Source: Octopus sinensis (lineage: Eukaryota). Taken from it: 42,941 bases of DNA. This document shows, piece after piece, positions 1 to 11,213 of this stretch (its first letter is position 1; every line of letters starts with the position of its first letter). A program made the translations under genes and the position numbers. The notes under the pieces are model-generated. The model was not told where the DNA came from and made no database searches. It saw only the letters and a list, made by a program, of their open reading frames with translations. The DNA is taken from assembly GCF_006345805.1 (NCBI RefSeq), contig NW_021834986.1, forward strand, positions 1 through 42,941. Reading direction: 5' to 3'.

Positions 1-120
1 GTGGTGGTAGTGGTGGTGGTGGTAGTGGTGATGGTGGGTGTTGATGGGGGGTGGTGATGGGGGGGTGATGGTGGTGGTGATGGTGATGGTGGCGGCAGCA
101 GTGGTGGTGGTGGTGGTGAA
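1..120. repeat. (GGT/GAT)n simple repeat
   Basis: Direct inspection: imperfect gtggtggtg trinucleotide run. Confidence 0.95.
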
Positions 121-192
121 GTGACAATAAAACAAATATAAATATCCCTTTTTTTCTTCTTCCATCCATTCTACCAGATTGCCATGTGTGTG

Positions 193-223
<31 letters not shown>

Positions 224-328
224 TTGTGTGTGTGTGCATGTGTGCATGTGGGAGAATGTGCTTCAATCCCTGGTGATGATGTAGCAAACTTCAGCGCCGG
301 GATCCCCTACCTCGTAGTATTACTTCAG

Positions 329-391
329 ACTGTCTGCGATCTAGGTTCACATCTCCTCTAAGTCATCTTTGCCTTGCACCACCCTTTCTGG
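329..391 (+). CDS. Candidate internal exon of an unidentified host gene (DCLRSRFTSPLSHLCLAPPFL-G); may start at 295
   Basis: Non-repetitive open frame from 286 to 391. Acceptor gtattacttcag|ac at 328/329 (alternative aaacttcag| at 294/295) and strong donor ctgg|gtaagg at 391/392. No homologue recognised. Confidence 0.4.
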
Positions 392-530
392 GTAAGGAAA
401 TAGAACTACAAGCAATATGATGAGGATGATGTACCTATGTCAGAAATTATTCCAACCCCAGGTACTCTTAGTTCAAGTCTCATTGAGGTCAACATTAAAT
501 TTCACCCTTTTGGAGTTGATAAGAGTTAAG

Positions 531-650
531 TGGAGGCACATGGCTTAGTGGTTAGGGTGTTGGATATTGACATGTTGTGTTCTTGAGCAAAACACTTCAT
601 TTCACCATGCTCCACTCCACTCAGCTGTAGAAATGAGTTTAGCCTGGAGA
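531..650 (+). mobile_element. tRNA-derived SINE (family B), 5' fragment with internal deletion
   Basis: A-box-like head ggaggcacatggcttagtggttagg, then tgttgtgttcttgagcaaaacact...ctcagctgtagaaatgag shared with other copies in the window. Confidence 0.8.
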
Positions 651-887
651 GGGATGTCACCTTATCATTTTGTTTTTAATACTACGTTTTCTAATCTACA
701 ATATGTAGATACTCTTAAAACATCTTGGTGATTGTTTGTCTCTGAATCCAGTCTGGCCCACCATCCCAGCATGTACATATGTGTGTATTATGTATGTCTT
801 TCTAGGCATATCATCATCATCATCGTTTTAGAAAAAGAAGACAATATATGATATTGATATATATATATATATTATATATATATACAC

Positions 888-1055
888 AGGCGCAGGAGTG
901 GCTGTGTGGTAAGTAGCCTGTTTACCAACCACATGGTTCCGGGTTCAGGCCCACTGCGTGGCACCTTGGAAGTGTCTTCTACTATACCTCGGGCCGACCA
1001 AAGCCTTGTGAGTGGATTTGGTAGACGGAAACTGAAAGAAGCCCGTCGTATATAT
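888..1055 (+). mobile_element. tRNA-derived SINE (family A), head module
   Basis: ggcgcaggagtggctgtgtggtaag (A-box-like) ... ggttccgggttcag (B-box-like) ... gaaactgaaagaagcccgtcgtatat; about 10 copies in the window. Resembles the tRNA-derived octopus SINEs (OK/OR1/OR2 are described), but the name cannot be assigned without a library. Confidence 0.9.
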
Positions 1056-1071
1056 GTATATATATATATTA

Positions 1072-1118
<47 letters not shown>

Positions 1119-1188
1119 GGAGTAAAGTACATAAATGTGAAACAAGGTGAAAAAAAGAGTACTCAAATACCAGAGGTGGAGTAATATG

Positions 1189-1351
1189 CTTTATTTAAAA
1201 GCAACAGAAATATAACAAAAGTTGTTGCTCAGAGTTTCACATTCCCATACGTTGGACAGTTTTGTTCTATTTTAACAAAACTGTCCGACGAATGGGAACT
1301 TGAAACTCTGAGTAACAGCTTTTGTTATATTTCTGTTGCTTTTAAATAAAG
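1189..1351. repeat. ~163 bp imperfect palindrome (tail-to-tail duplicate of an HHR-bearing, probably Penelope-type end)
   Basis: ctttatttaaaagcaacagaaatataacaaaag... is mirrored by ...cttttgttatatttctgttgcttttaaataaag; short ctatttt loop near 1270. Confidence 0.9.
1274..1326 (+). ncRNA. Minimal type I hammerhead-like motif, CCGACGA core variant
   Basis: Stem I aacaaaa-ctgt / acag-c-ttttgtt; core ccgacga 1285-1291; decayed stem II atgggaactt; gaaa 1302-1305; quasi-palindromic stem III actc-t-gagt; cleavage triplet GUA. Confidence 0.6.
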
Positions 1352-1423
1352 TACATATATATATATATCGTATGTTGTGCTTATATATATATATATATGT
1401 ATTTATGTTTCTCTTCTGTGTGT

Positions 1424-1482
1424 ATTCTACTGACGAGGCAAAGCATTCCTAAATGCAAAGTCAGAAATCCGGGATCTAGAAT
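1424..1482 (+). ncRNA. Type I hammerhead ribozyme motif
   Basis: Stem I attcta/tagaat (6/6); core ctgacga 1430-1436; stem II ggc-aaa-gcatt-ccta-aatgc-aaa-gtc; one extra A before gaaa (1464-1467); stem III atc-cgg-gat; AUC site. Confidence 0.7.
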
Positions 1483-1712
1483 TATCCAGTAATTTTTTAC
1501 TAGTTTCATCCTGTCTCTTTGTTTTCTCTCCGTGTTGATATATGGACAATTACAGTGGTTTTAGAGTCAGATCATGGCTGCTATTTTCAGCATGGTGGTA
1601 TCTCGTAGATACCCTAATTTATAATTTTAATAATTATTACCTTTGAAGGATCTTTTTTCCGGCTGACCACTTGATAAAATCATTATTTTATTTTTAATTA
1701 ATGATCTTATCC

Positions 1713-1780
<68 letters not shown>

Positions 1781-1782
<2 letters not shown>

Positions 1783-2018
1783 CCATAAATATTAGAGAGC
1801 AACTATGAGTATGTTGTCTCTATGTGCTAGACATAGACCCACCGGTCAAAGTCGCCGATTATAATTACACATAGAAATAGCACCACAGTCAACGCTATGA
1901 AATTAAATTACAACTAAAAATGGAATTATGTGGAATTATAATCGGCGACTTTGACCGGTGGGTCTATGTCTAGCACATAGAGTCAACATACTCATAGTTG
2001 GCTCTAATATTTACGGAT
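1781..2018. repeat. Fold-back element with ~90 bp inverted arms in (TA)n
   Basis: atccataaatattagag...gtcgccgattataatt (1781-1868) is the near-perfect reverse complement of aattataatcggcgac...ctctaatatttacggat (1928-2018). Confidence 0.9.
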
Positions 2019-2122
2019 AAATATGAATTTGTATCCCCGGTTCTTTTGTGCTAGGTCGCTTGGTGTTAAAATAAGGGTATTATTAAATTAATATCTATAA
2101 TTTTATTCACCCTCATTATCCT

Positions 2123-2153
<31 letters not shown>

Positions 2154-2164
2154 ATATGTACATA

Positions 2165-2380
2165 CAAGAGGGTGCTGAAAAGATCCTGGCTTTAGGCAAA
2201 AGAATATACAAGCTGATCAGTTAATTATGATTTCATTCAGCATATTCCCCTCTCAGAATCACACACTTATTGCAGCGGTCCTTCAGTTTTTCTAAGCCCT
2301 GTAAAAGAACTTGGAATGCTGGAGCTCCAACTAGTCTTTCACAATACCCTTAAAGCCAGGAACTTTTCAACACCCCCTCA
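2165..2380. mobile_element. Tc1/mariner-type MITE
   Basis: ~30 bp TIRs caagagggtgctgaaaagatcctggcttta / taaagccaggaacttttcaacaccccctca, with TA on both sides; no ORF. Confidence 0.8.
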
Positions 2381-2538
2381 TATATATACTATACTACACA
2401 CACACAGATGTATATTATATATATATAGATGTATACATACACATAGAGGGAGAAAGACAGATTATATGTGTGTCTGTATTTCTTTGTATATCTATACATA
2501 TATATGTGTGTATATTATATATATGTTTTTATATTAAT

Positions 2539-2576
<38 letters not shown>

Positions 2577-2823
2577 ATATTATGTATACCATACATACAC
2601 ACACATACCTATATGTGCGGTGTGTGTATGTAATAATAAACCCGTAGAGGCAGATATAGTTATTGAGGTAAAACCTAAATCAATGTCTCTGCTAAGTCAT
2701 TATCGATAGAATCTTTTGAGTTGACAGTCTCTTTAATTGGATGTCAAGTTTGAACACCTATTATTTTACATCGATGGCCAATCATAGGTGGCAATCATAT
2801 TACCTACATACATGCATGCTTGC

Positions 2824-2855
<32 letters not shown>

Positions 2856-2857
2856 GC

Positions 2858-2908
<51 letters not shown>

Positions 2909-2996
2909 ATATATATACACTTTACATATATATATAGATATATTTATATATATATAATATATATATATAATAATATATATATATATTAGATATATA

Positions 2997-3027
<31 letters not shown>

Positions 3028-3280
3028 TATGCATACATATATATGTGTAATATATATATATATCTATATGTCCATATATGTGTGTGTATGTATTACATTC
3101 ATACATATGTGTATATATTTTACATACATATACATACCTATATGTATATATGTGTGTTTGTGTATACATTCACATACATATATGTGTCTACACACACACA
3201 CACCATATATTATATGTGTGTATGTGTGTGTGTATATATATATATACACACATATATATTACACACACCCACATATATTC
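2381..3280. repeat. (TA)n/(CA)n/(TG)n microsatellite field with a short non-repeat island at ~2630-2800
   Basis: Direct inspection; the IY/HT/VC-rich ORFs in the track are translations of this repeat. Confidence 0.9.
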
Positions 3281-3399
3281 ACGTGTTATTATTTTACTCG
3301 TTTCAAGAACCTCGGCCATTCCGTGTTATTCTTTGAAGTGTTTAATCCAATAAATTGACTCTGGAACCAGTTTTGTTTATATCTGGTACTCATTCTCTT

Positions 3400-3850
3400 G
3401 ACCTCACTTTCTTCAAGTTATAGGGATGTAAACAAACCAGTATTAGTTGCCAAGCTTTCAGAGACAAACACAAAACACACACACACAGCACATACACACA
3501 TGCATACAGACACATACTCTCTCTTTACTCTTTTACTTGTTTCAGTCATTTGACTTTGGCCATGCTGGAGCAAATCGACCCAGGGACTTATTCTTTGTAA
3601 GCCCAAGATACCACGCAGTGGGACTGAACCCGAAACCATGTGGTTGGTAAGCAAGCTACTTACCACACAGCCACTCCTGCACCACACATGGTGGGCTTCC
3701 TAATAGTTTCTATTTACAAAAGTCATTCACAAGCTATTGGTTGGACCTTGGCTTTAGCAGAAGGCACTTACCCAAGATGCCGTACAGTGATATTGAACTC
3801 AAAGCCTCATGGTTCTGAAACCAACTTTTAAAGAACACAGCCATTTGAGC
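3400..3850 (-). mobile_element. Two decayed family A SINE pieces
   Basis: Reverse-complement matches to the family A head (cttaccacacagccactcctgcacc) and tail (cttgtttcagtcatttgac). Confidence 0.75.
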
Positions 3851-3958
3851 CCCTGTATGTGTTTTGGCATTGGGCACCCTGCCCCTGGCCCTCAGCTCCT
3901 GGTAGTTTCATTAAGGTGCAGTCAACACATCCCACTTAACTTGAGAATTTTGTTTTAA

Positions 3959-4165
3959 CCCTTCGGCATTTAAACCAGCAATATCCAGCCAGAATATTGT
4001 ACCTTGTTTCATGTTCAAACTGGCTAGGTCCAACCTCTCACACCTGCCCTGCAATGTCATTCTAAAAATAAACAATCACAGCATCAACATCTTGAAGCTA
4101 CGATTAATTCCAAGCAAAGTAAACAAATAAGCATTAAATTTGATAGAATAGGGTAGAATGACCAT
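3959..4165 (+). mobile_element. piggyBac-like non-autonomous element (MITE), right end disrupted
   Basis: TTAA (3955-3958) then cccttcggcatttaaacc; piggyBac-type elements start CCC and duplicate TTAA. The expected matching right end breaks off at ...gggtagaatg, where a SINE begins. Confidence 0.55.
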
Positions 4166-4375
4166 GGGATTGCACCTAGAAAGTTCCCCTCTGAGGCACA
4201 AGTCCAGGCAAGGTTGTTTATGGAAGACCAGCAGTCGCCCATGCATACCGGCCTCTCCTCTCCATGTCACCGATGTTATCCAAGGGAAAGGCAAAGGCTG
4301 ATACAGCTTGGCACCAGTGACGTTGCAACTCAATTCTACAGCTGAGTGAACTGGAGAAATGTGAAATAAAATATC
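4160..4375 (-). mobile_element. Family B SINE, 5'-truncated
   Basis: gaccatgggattgcacctagaaagttcccctctgaggcacaagtcc...cagctgagtgaactggag, matching copies at 15.3 and 22.4 kb. Confidence 0.85.
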
Positions 4376-4452
4376 TTTTGCCGAACCGCTAAGTTACAGT
4401 GATGTAAACACACCAGCATCGGTTGTCAAGTGAAGTTTGGGGGGGGGGGACA

Positions 4453-4483
<31 letters not shown>

Positions 4484-4662
4484 CATATACATATGTATGA
4501 CAGGCTTCTTTGAGTTTGCGTCTACCACATCCACTCACAAGGCTTTGGTCGGCCCGAGGCTATAGTAGAAGACACTTGCCCAAGGTGTCATGCAGTGGGA
4601 CTGAACCCGTAACCATGTAGTTCGTAAGCAAGCGACTTACCACACAGCCATTCCTGCACCTG
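4376..4662 (-). mobile_element. Family A SINE, 3'-truncated
   Basis: Reverse complement of head, internal (TA)(TG) tract and start of the second module. Confidence 0.8.
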
Positions 4663-4764
4663 TCTAATTATTTATTTTAAACAGTTATGAGAATATATAT
4701 ACATAAATACCAGTAATTCCTAGAATAGAAAAAGAAAAAGAACAGTTTCTTACAGCTGTTATAT

Positions 4765-5205
4765 AGGCACAGGAGTGGCTGTGAGGTAAGTAGCTTGCTT
4801 ACCAACTGCATGGTTCCGGGTTCAGTCCCACTACATGACACCTTGGGCAAGTGTCTTCTACTATAGCCTTGGGCCGACCAACACCTTGTGAGTGGATTTG
4901 GTAGCCCGCCCCATATATGTATATGTACATATATATATATGTATATATATATATATTTATATATATATATGTGTGTGCGTGTGTGTGTGTGTGTATGTTT
5001 GTGTGTCTGTGTTTGTCACCCCAACATCACTTGACAATTGATGCTGGTGTGTTTACGTCCCCATAACTTAGCAGTTTGGCAAAAGAGACCGATAGAATAA
5101 GTATTAGGCTTACAAAGAATAAGTCCTGGGGTCGATTTGCTCGACTAAAGGCGGTGCTCCAGCATGGCCGCAGTCAAATGACTGAAACAAGTAAAAGAGT
5201 AAAAT
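4765..5205 (+). mobile_element. Full-length composite family A SINE
   Basis: tRNA-like head, internal (TA)n(TG)n tract, then second module ending gcagtcaaatgactgaaacaagtaaaagagtaaaa. Confidence 0.9.
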
Positions 5206-5224
5206 GTTTTATATATTCTCGTAC

Positions 5225-5490
5225 CAGTGGCACTTAAAAAAGCACTAACCGATCGTGGCTGTTGCCAGCCTCTCCTGGCACCTGTGCCGGTGGCACCTAA
5301 AAAGTACCCACTACACATACGGAGTGGTTGGCGTTAGGAAGGGCACCCATCTGTAGAATCACTGCCAGATCAGACTGGAGCCTGGTGCAGCCTCCTGGCT
5401 TCCCAGAGCCTGGTCGAACCGTCCAACCTGTGCTAGCATGGAGAACGGACGTTAAACAATGATGATTATGTTGATGATGATGATGATGAT
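5225..5490 (+). mobile_element. LINE-type 3' tail element (probably RTE-related) ending in (GAT)n
   Basis: ggttggcgttaggaagggc...gctagcatggagaacggacgttaaac followed by gatgatgat; related copies at 14.8, 18.1, 18.4, 19.8, 24.8 and 37.2 kb. The RTE link is inferred. Confidence 0.7.
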
Positions 5491-6042
5491 ACTTTAAACT
5501 TAGTAATTTGCAAGAACCGCAATTTTGTTCAATGTGCTGACTGATATGTACCAGTCAACTGAAAGATCAAATGAATGAGTTCTCGGCTCTGTTATATAAA
5601 TCCTTATTATAAAAATCATGCATTTGTAGTCAACCACTCATAAAAGGAAAGACTACTTTTGTTTGTGATATTAATTGGAAACTTATACCAACAAAATTTG
5701 GCTTCTCTCTTAAACTTCCAAATTAGTTGATACTTCATTTTCCATAATTGTCTCATTATGCTATTATTATCATTAGCTGTAGCTTTATGTTTAATCATAA
5801 TTGTACTTTCTAATTAAACGGTTGTCTACTGCTTAATTTTCTTTTGTGAAGATGTTTGAAATATCTCTTCCTGAAGTGCTCTAGAATTTGAACCAGATTC
5901 AACAGATATATTATTTTTATGCAGGAGAAATTGAATTATTCATTCTTGAAGAGGATTAATCTAAACACTAGACTTTTCCAATAAATATTATGAAAGAAAG
6001 AACTGATTCTATCTTTTGCTTTCTTTTCGGATTGACTTGCAG

Positions 6043-6092
6043 GCAGACATGTTGCCAGTGAAGTTAGCCATTTACTATTGAAGCTTATACCG
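6043..6092 (+). CDS. Candidate short exon (G-RHVASEVSHLLLKLIP)
   Basis: Strong acceptor tcttttgctttcttttcggattgacttgcag|gc, phase-compatible with the 329-391 segment. The only donor-like end seen is non-canonical ccg|gcgagt; otherwise the frame reads on to a TAG near 6168. Confidence 0.3.
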
Positions 6093-6299
6093 GCGAGTCT
6101 TTTCCCAATAGTGATCAATGAAACAATCATTGCGGCAACGAACAACAAACCATTGCTTGAATCCAGCTAGACACAGAACACAGCTTTGTTGCCTTGCATG
6201 GATTAAGCAACTTTGATTTGTTACATGATTGGCGTATGGGATATCATTGTGGTTTTGTAGGGTTGTGTGATCATTGGCATTGCAGTGTATACAATGTAC

Positions 6300-6610
6300 T
6301 TGCAGCATTGTGTATGTGTATGTATGTGCATGTGTGTGTGTGTGTGTGTACATGTTGGTGTGTGTGTGTGCGTACATGTGTGTGTGTGTGTGTGCATGTG
6401 TGTGTGTACATGTGTGTGTGTGCATATGTGTGTGCACGTGTGTGTGTGCATGTGTGTACATGTGTGTGTGTGCATGTGTGTGCATGTGTGTGTATGCATG
6501 TGTGTTTACATGTATGTGTGTGTATGTGCATGTGTGTGTGTGTACATGTATGTGTGTGTGTACATGTGTGTATGCATGTGTGTGTGCTTTGCATACATGT
6601 TGTGTGGCAG
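6300..6610. repeat. (TG)n/(TGCA)n microsatellite
   Basis: Direct inspection. Confidence 0.95.
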
Positions 6611-6719
6611 TGTGTGATCTAGTAGAGGTGCTCTGATTTGCTTGGTGTAGTAGTAATGTTGTGTGTGTTATATAACAGCGATGTTGTAGTGTTGTTGTGT
6701 GGTTGTTGTGCTCATTATG

Positions 6720-6725
6720 AGTAAA

Positions 6726-6760
<35 letters not shown>

Positions 6761-6875
6761 TAGTAGTAGTAATAGTTGTAGTCATAGTAGTATTAGCGGT
6801 AGTGGTGTTGGAAATGGAAGTAGTAGCAGCAGCAGCAACAACAGTAGTATTGGCAGTAATATTAGTAGTGGTAGT

Positions 6876-6919
<44 letters not shown>

Positions 6920-7085
6920 CAGTAGTAGTAGTAGTAGTCATGGCAGTAGTAGCAGCAACGGTATTATTATTATTATTATTAGTAGTAGTAGTAGCAGTAG
7001 TAGTAGTAGCAGCAGCAGTAGTAGTAGTAGTAGTAGTAATAGTAGTTATTGTAGTAGTAGTAGTAGTAGTGGTGGTGGTGGCAGA
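6720..7085. repeat. (AGT/AGC)n microsatellite
   Basis: Direct inspection; the poly-Ser/Val/Thr ORFs are artefacts. Confidence 0.95.
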
Positions 7086-7299
7086 AACAGGCCAAGGAGA
7101 TTACCACACACGGAAGAGACATATTTAATGTAATTACCACCATCCCCTCCACCCGTTCCCCTCACCACTGAGAGACGGATTCTATATTTGGGTGGGACCT
7201 AATTCTCTCTCTCTCTCTCTCTCTCTGAGTGGGTGCTCTAATTTTTTTTCCAAATGGGGTGGGGATGGTGGGGAGACACCGATGCGTAATGGGGTTAGA

Positions 7300-8710
7300 C
7301 TTATAGTGATGATGGTGGTGATGGTGCTGCTAGTGACGGTGGTGGTGGTGGTGGTAGTGGTTGTGGTGGTGGAGTTGATGATGTTGCTGTTTAGCCCGCA
7401 GGTCAGCTCTAGTGGTGGTGGTGGTAGTGATGATGTCTGTGGTGTGGCAGTGGTGGTGGTGGTGGCGGCGGTGGCGGTGGTATGGTGGTGTTTGAGGTGG
7501 TTTTGGTAGTGGTGATGGTAGCAGTTGTGGCGGTGGTGGTGGTGAGGTGGTGGTGGTGGTGGTGACGGTGGCGGTTGTGGCGTTGGCGGTGGTAGTGGTG
7601 TTTGAGGTGGTGGTGGTGGTGGTGGCGGTTGTGGTGGTGGTGGTGGTGGTGTTTGAGGTGGTATTGGTGGTGATGATGATAGTGTTGGTGGTGATGGTGG
7701 TTGTATTGATGATGGTTTTTGCTGTTTTTGTTGTGGTGGTAGTGACGGGGTGGGGTTGTTATTGTTGTTGCTATTGTGGTGGTGGTGGTGGTGGTGGTGG
7801 TGATTGTTGTTTAGCCCCAGGTCAGGCTCTGGTGTTGAAGATGGTGTGATGGCAGTGACAATGACAGTGATGATAGTGATGGTAGTAGTAGAGGCAGTGG
7901 TAGTGGTGACGATGGTGATGGTAATCATAGGGGGTGGGCGGCAGGTAGATGGGGAAGTGTTAGAGTGGTGGAGATAAACAGAGAGAGAAAAAGAAACCTA
8001 AGAGGCGGGGGGGGTAGAGAATTTAGAGAGGCGAGGGGGGGGGCTTGTCAGTGTTATTTACTCAGCTCTTTACAGTTAAAAGTAATTTTCTCCAAGCTGT
8101 TGTTATTGTTGTTGTCGTTGTTGTTGTTGTCGTTGTTGTGTCATCCCCTTGCAGTCTGGACCCCACAGTCTTTTAGCTGACTCACATTCTACCAGTTTTT
8201 TGGCTGAAGGAATTGCTGCCGGTGGTAGCGGCGGCGGCGGCGGCAGTAGTGGTGGTGGCAGTGGTGGTGGTTGTTGTTGTTGTTGTTGGCAATGGTGATA
8301 GTGATGGTGGTGGTACCAGTTGTGGTGGTGGCAGTGGTGGTGGTAGCAGTGGTTGTTGTTGTTGGTGGTGGTGGTTGTGGCGGCGGTAGTGGTGATACCA
8401 GTGGTGATGGTGGCGGTGGTGGTTGTGTTATTGGTAGTCATGGTGAATGTGGTAATGGTAGTTGTGTTGTGGGTGATTGTAATAGCTGTATTGTAGTTGG
8501 CAGTGTAGGTGTGATTGTTATAGTTTTGGTAATAGTAGTGGTAATGATATTGGTGGTGGTGGTGGTAGTGGTGGTGGTGAGGATGATGATGGTGGTGGTA
8601 ATGATAATAAGGATGATGGTGGTAGTGGTGGTGGTGGTGGTGATGATAATGAGGATGATGGTGGTGGTAATGATAATGATGATGATGGCAGTGGTGGTGG
8701 TGGTAGTAGT
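7300..8710. repeat. (GGT/GAT)n microsatellite field with short interruptions
   Basis: Direct inspection; non-repeat islands near 7930-8230. Confidence 0.9.
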
Positions 8711-8890
8711 ATTTCTAAGAGGCGGTGGAAACTTCATTGAAGAACTCCTTCACTGATCCTTCGACCTCCCTTTTTCTTGATGAAGCATCATGAGCTCACA
8801 AAACGATCCATGGATCGGAACAAGTAAAAATTCTAGGAGGCCTGATTCCAGACTTTATATGTTGGGTGAGGCATCAGCTTGATTCACTCA

Positions 8891-9700
8891 ATTTCCGGGT
8901 TGTGTGTTGCACCTAGAAAGTTCCCCTTCGAGATACAAGTCCAGGCAAGGTTGTTTATGGAAGACCAGCAGTTGCTCATGCATACTGGCCTTCTCTCTCC
9001 AAGGGAAAGACAATGGCTGACACAGCTGAGTGAACTGGAGCAAAGTGAGATAAAGTGTCTTGCTCAAGAACACAACACACACCCCGCCCAGGAATTAAAT
9101 TCACAAAGACCCCCTACGGTCAAGAATGACCATAAGATTCCACTTAAAAAGTTCACCTTTGAGGCACAAGTCCAGGCAAGGTTGTTTATGGAAGACCAAC
9201 AGTAGATTTCCGGGTTGTGTGTTGTGTCCTTGAGCAAGACACTTTATTTCACGTTGCTCCAGTTCACTCAGCTGTAGAAATGAGTTGCAACATCACTGGT
9301 GCCAAGCTGTATCAGCTTTTGCCTTTCCCTTGGATAATATCAGTGGCATGGAGAAGGGAGGCTGGTATGCATGGATGACTGCTGGTCTTCCGTAAACAAT
9401 CCTACCTGGACTTGTGCTGCAGAGGTGAACTTTCTAGGTGGAACTCATGCTCATTCTTGACCGTAGGGGGTCTTTGTGAATTTGATTCCCAGGGGGGTTG
9501 TGTGTTGTGTCCTTGAGCAAGACCCTTTATTTCACATTGCTCCAGTTCACTCAGCTGTATCAGCCATTGTCTTTCCCTTGGAGAGAGAAGGCCAGTATGC
9601 ATGAGCAACTGCTGGTCTTCCATAAACAACCTTGCCTGGAATGGTATCTCGAAGGGGAACTTCCTAGGTGCAACCCTATGGTCATTTCTGACTGAAGGGG
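8891..9700. mobile_element. Palindromic array of headless family B SINE units
   Basis: 8907-9202 is the reverse complement of 9379-9673, including shared internal deletions. Confidence 0.85.
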
Positions 9701-9731
9701 GTCTTTACCCTTTATGTAGTAAATATATAAA

Positions 9732-9845
9732 GTGAAGGCACATAGCTCAATGGTTAGAGCTTTGGGCTCACAGTCACGAGGTAGAGAGTTTGATTCCTGG
9801 ACTGGGCTGTGTATTATGTTCTTGAGCATGACACTTTATTTCATG
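9732..9845 (+). mobile_element. Family B SINE tRNA-like head, truncated
   Basis: gtgaaggcacatagctcaatggttagagc (A box) ... gagtttgattcctgg (B box). Confidence 0.85.
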
Positions 9846-10781
9846 TTGACTGGATATGACTTTTGGAATCATTGCATCCATTTTTTGGTACATTTTCTAA
9901 AGTTCTTTTGAAGAATTCTTGTCATTTCCAACTTCTCATATTCTTTGTGTCTTGCTTTGCACAAAAATGTCGTCTTTTATAATGTCTACTAAATATTATT
10001 TTTTAAAATTATTTAATTTTATCAAATTTTTTTAATTTGTTTCATTTTTTGGAATTTTAAATTTTAGCATTGATAATTTACATTTTAATGCATGTTTGTA
10101 ACAATGAGCAAAATTTCTTGACCACATGCATGTATCTATATTGCCACATGTAAAAAAAACTTGCTTGGACTTGTACCTCATGCAGATATATGCATATATG
10201 TATATGTGGATGAGTATATTTTGTAGGTACTAAAGGGCAAATCTGTGCAAATATATTGTAGGTGTACACACACACACACACACACACACATACATGTATA
10301 TATATATATATATGTACACTCACATACACACTAACACCTCCTACGTACATGAATATATATATATGTGTATATGTATAAACACACACACATACATACACAT
10401 GCATGTATACATATTCACACATATGAATGTGTGTATATATATATATATAAATGCATGTATGTCCATAAATGTAAATATCTACATATATATACACACATAT
10501 GTACATATGTCTATATACAGTGTGTGAATATATATATATACATTTTTATTATTATTTTGCAATTTACTTAATCATAGGTATATTATTGTTATTTTAATTT
10601 TAATATTTCTATTACATGTAATTTTCAAGATGGTGTAATTTAATTGTTCATTTTGAATTGATAAAAGGTAGTTTTTTCTAATTTTTATATATATATATTA
10701 TATTTTGTGAAATTTGATTTAGTATTTCTAAATTGAATTTTTCCCTGTAAGTTAGGAATAATATTCCCTCAAATAATAATC

Positions 10782-10816
<35 letters not shown>

Positions 10817-11213
10817 GTTCTAAAACCTCTCTAAGAGATCAACACAGTAGTCATACTGACAAATAATATTCGACACATACACACGTGTGCACATGAGTAT
10901 GCATCAATGCACACTGATGCACATCTAATATTTACACATCTGCAAGTAGTTATTGATGCCTGAAGTGTTACCAATTCTTGGATCCCCTAAAGCAAAGGCA
11001 GGGAATTGCCTCAGATTTAGTTCTAAAAATTTTATTTCCCCTCCATTTTTATTCCTCTCTCTTTCCTTCTTGGTCTAAAACTCCGATTGATTCAATTATA
11101 TTACAGAATCATAATATACCAATTTGTCATGAAATGTTAATGCATTCCTGAAATCCTTCTTCATGCCCTTTTGTAATATTTTTCTGTATTTCTGTCCTGT
11201 ATGTTTTTATACA

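Noticed and set aside
2630-2720. Hairpin flanked by cgtaga and tagaat, resembling HHR stem I words
   Set aside because: No CUGANGA or GAAA core can be placed on either strand.
8879-9700. Repeated ...RLFMEDQQ... ORFs and a possible CRISPR-like or tandem gene array
   Set aside because: These are antisense translations of family B SINE copies; there is no constant repeat-spacer periodicity.
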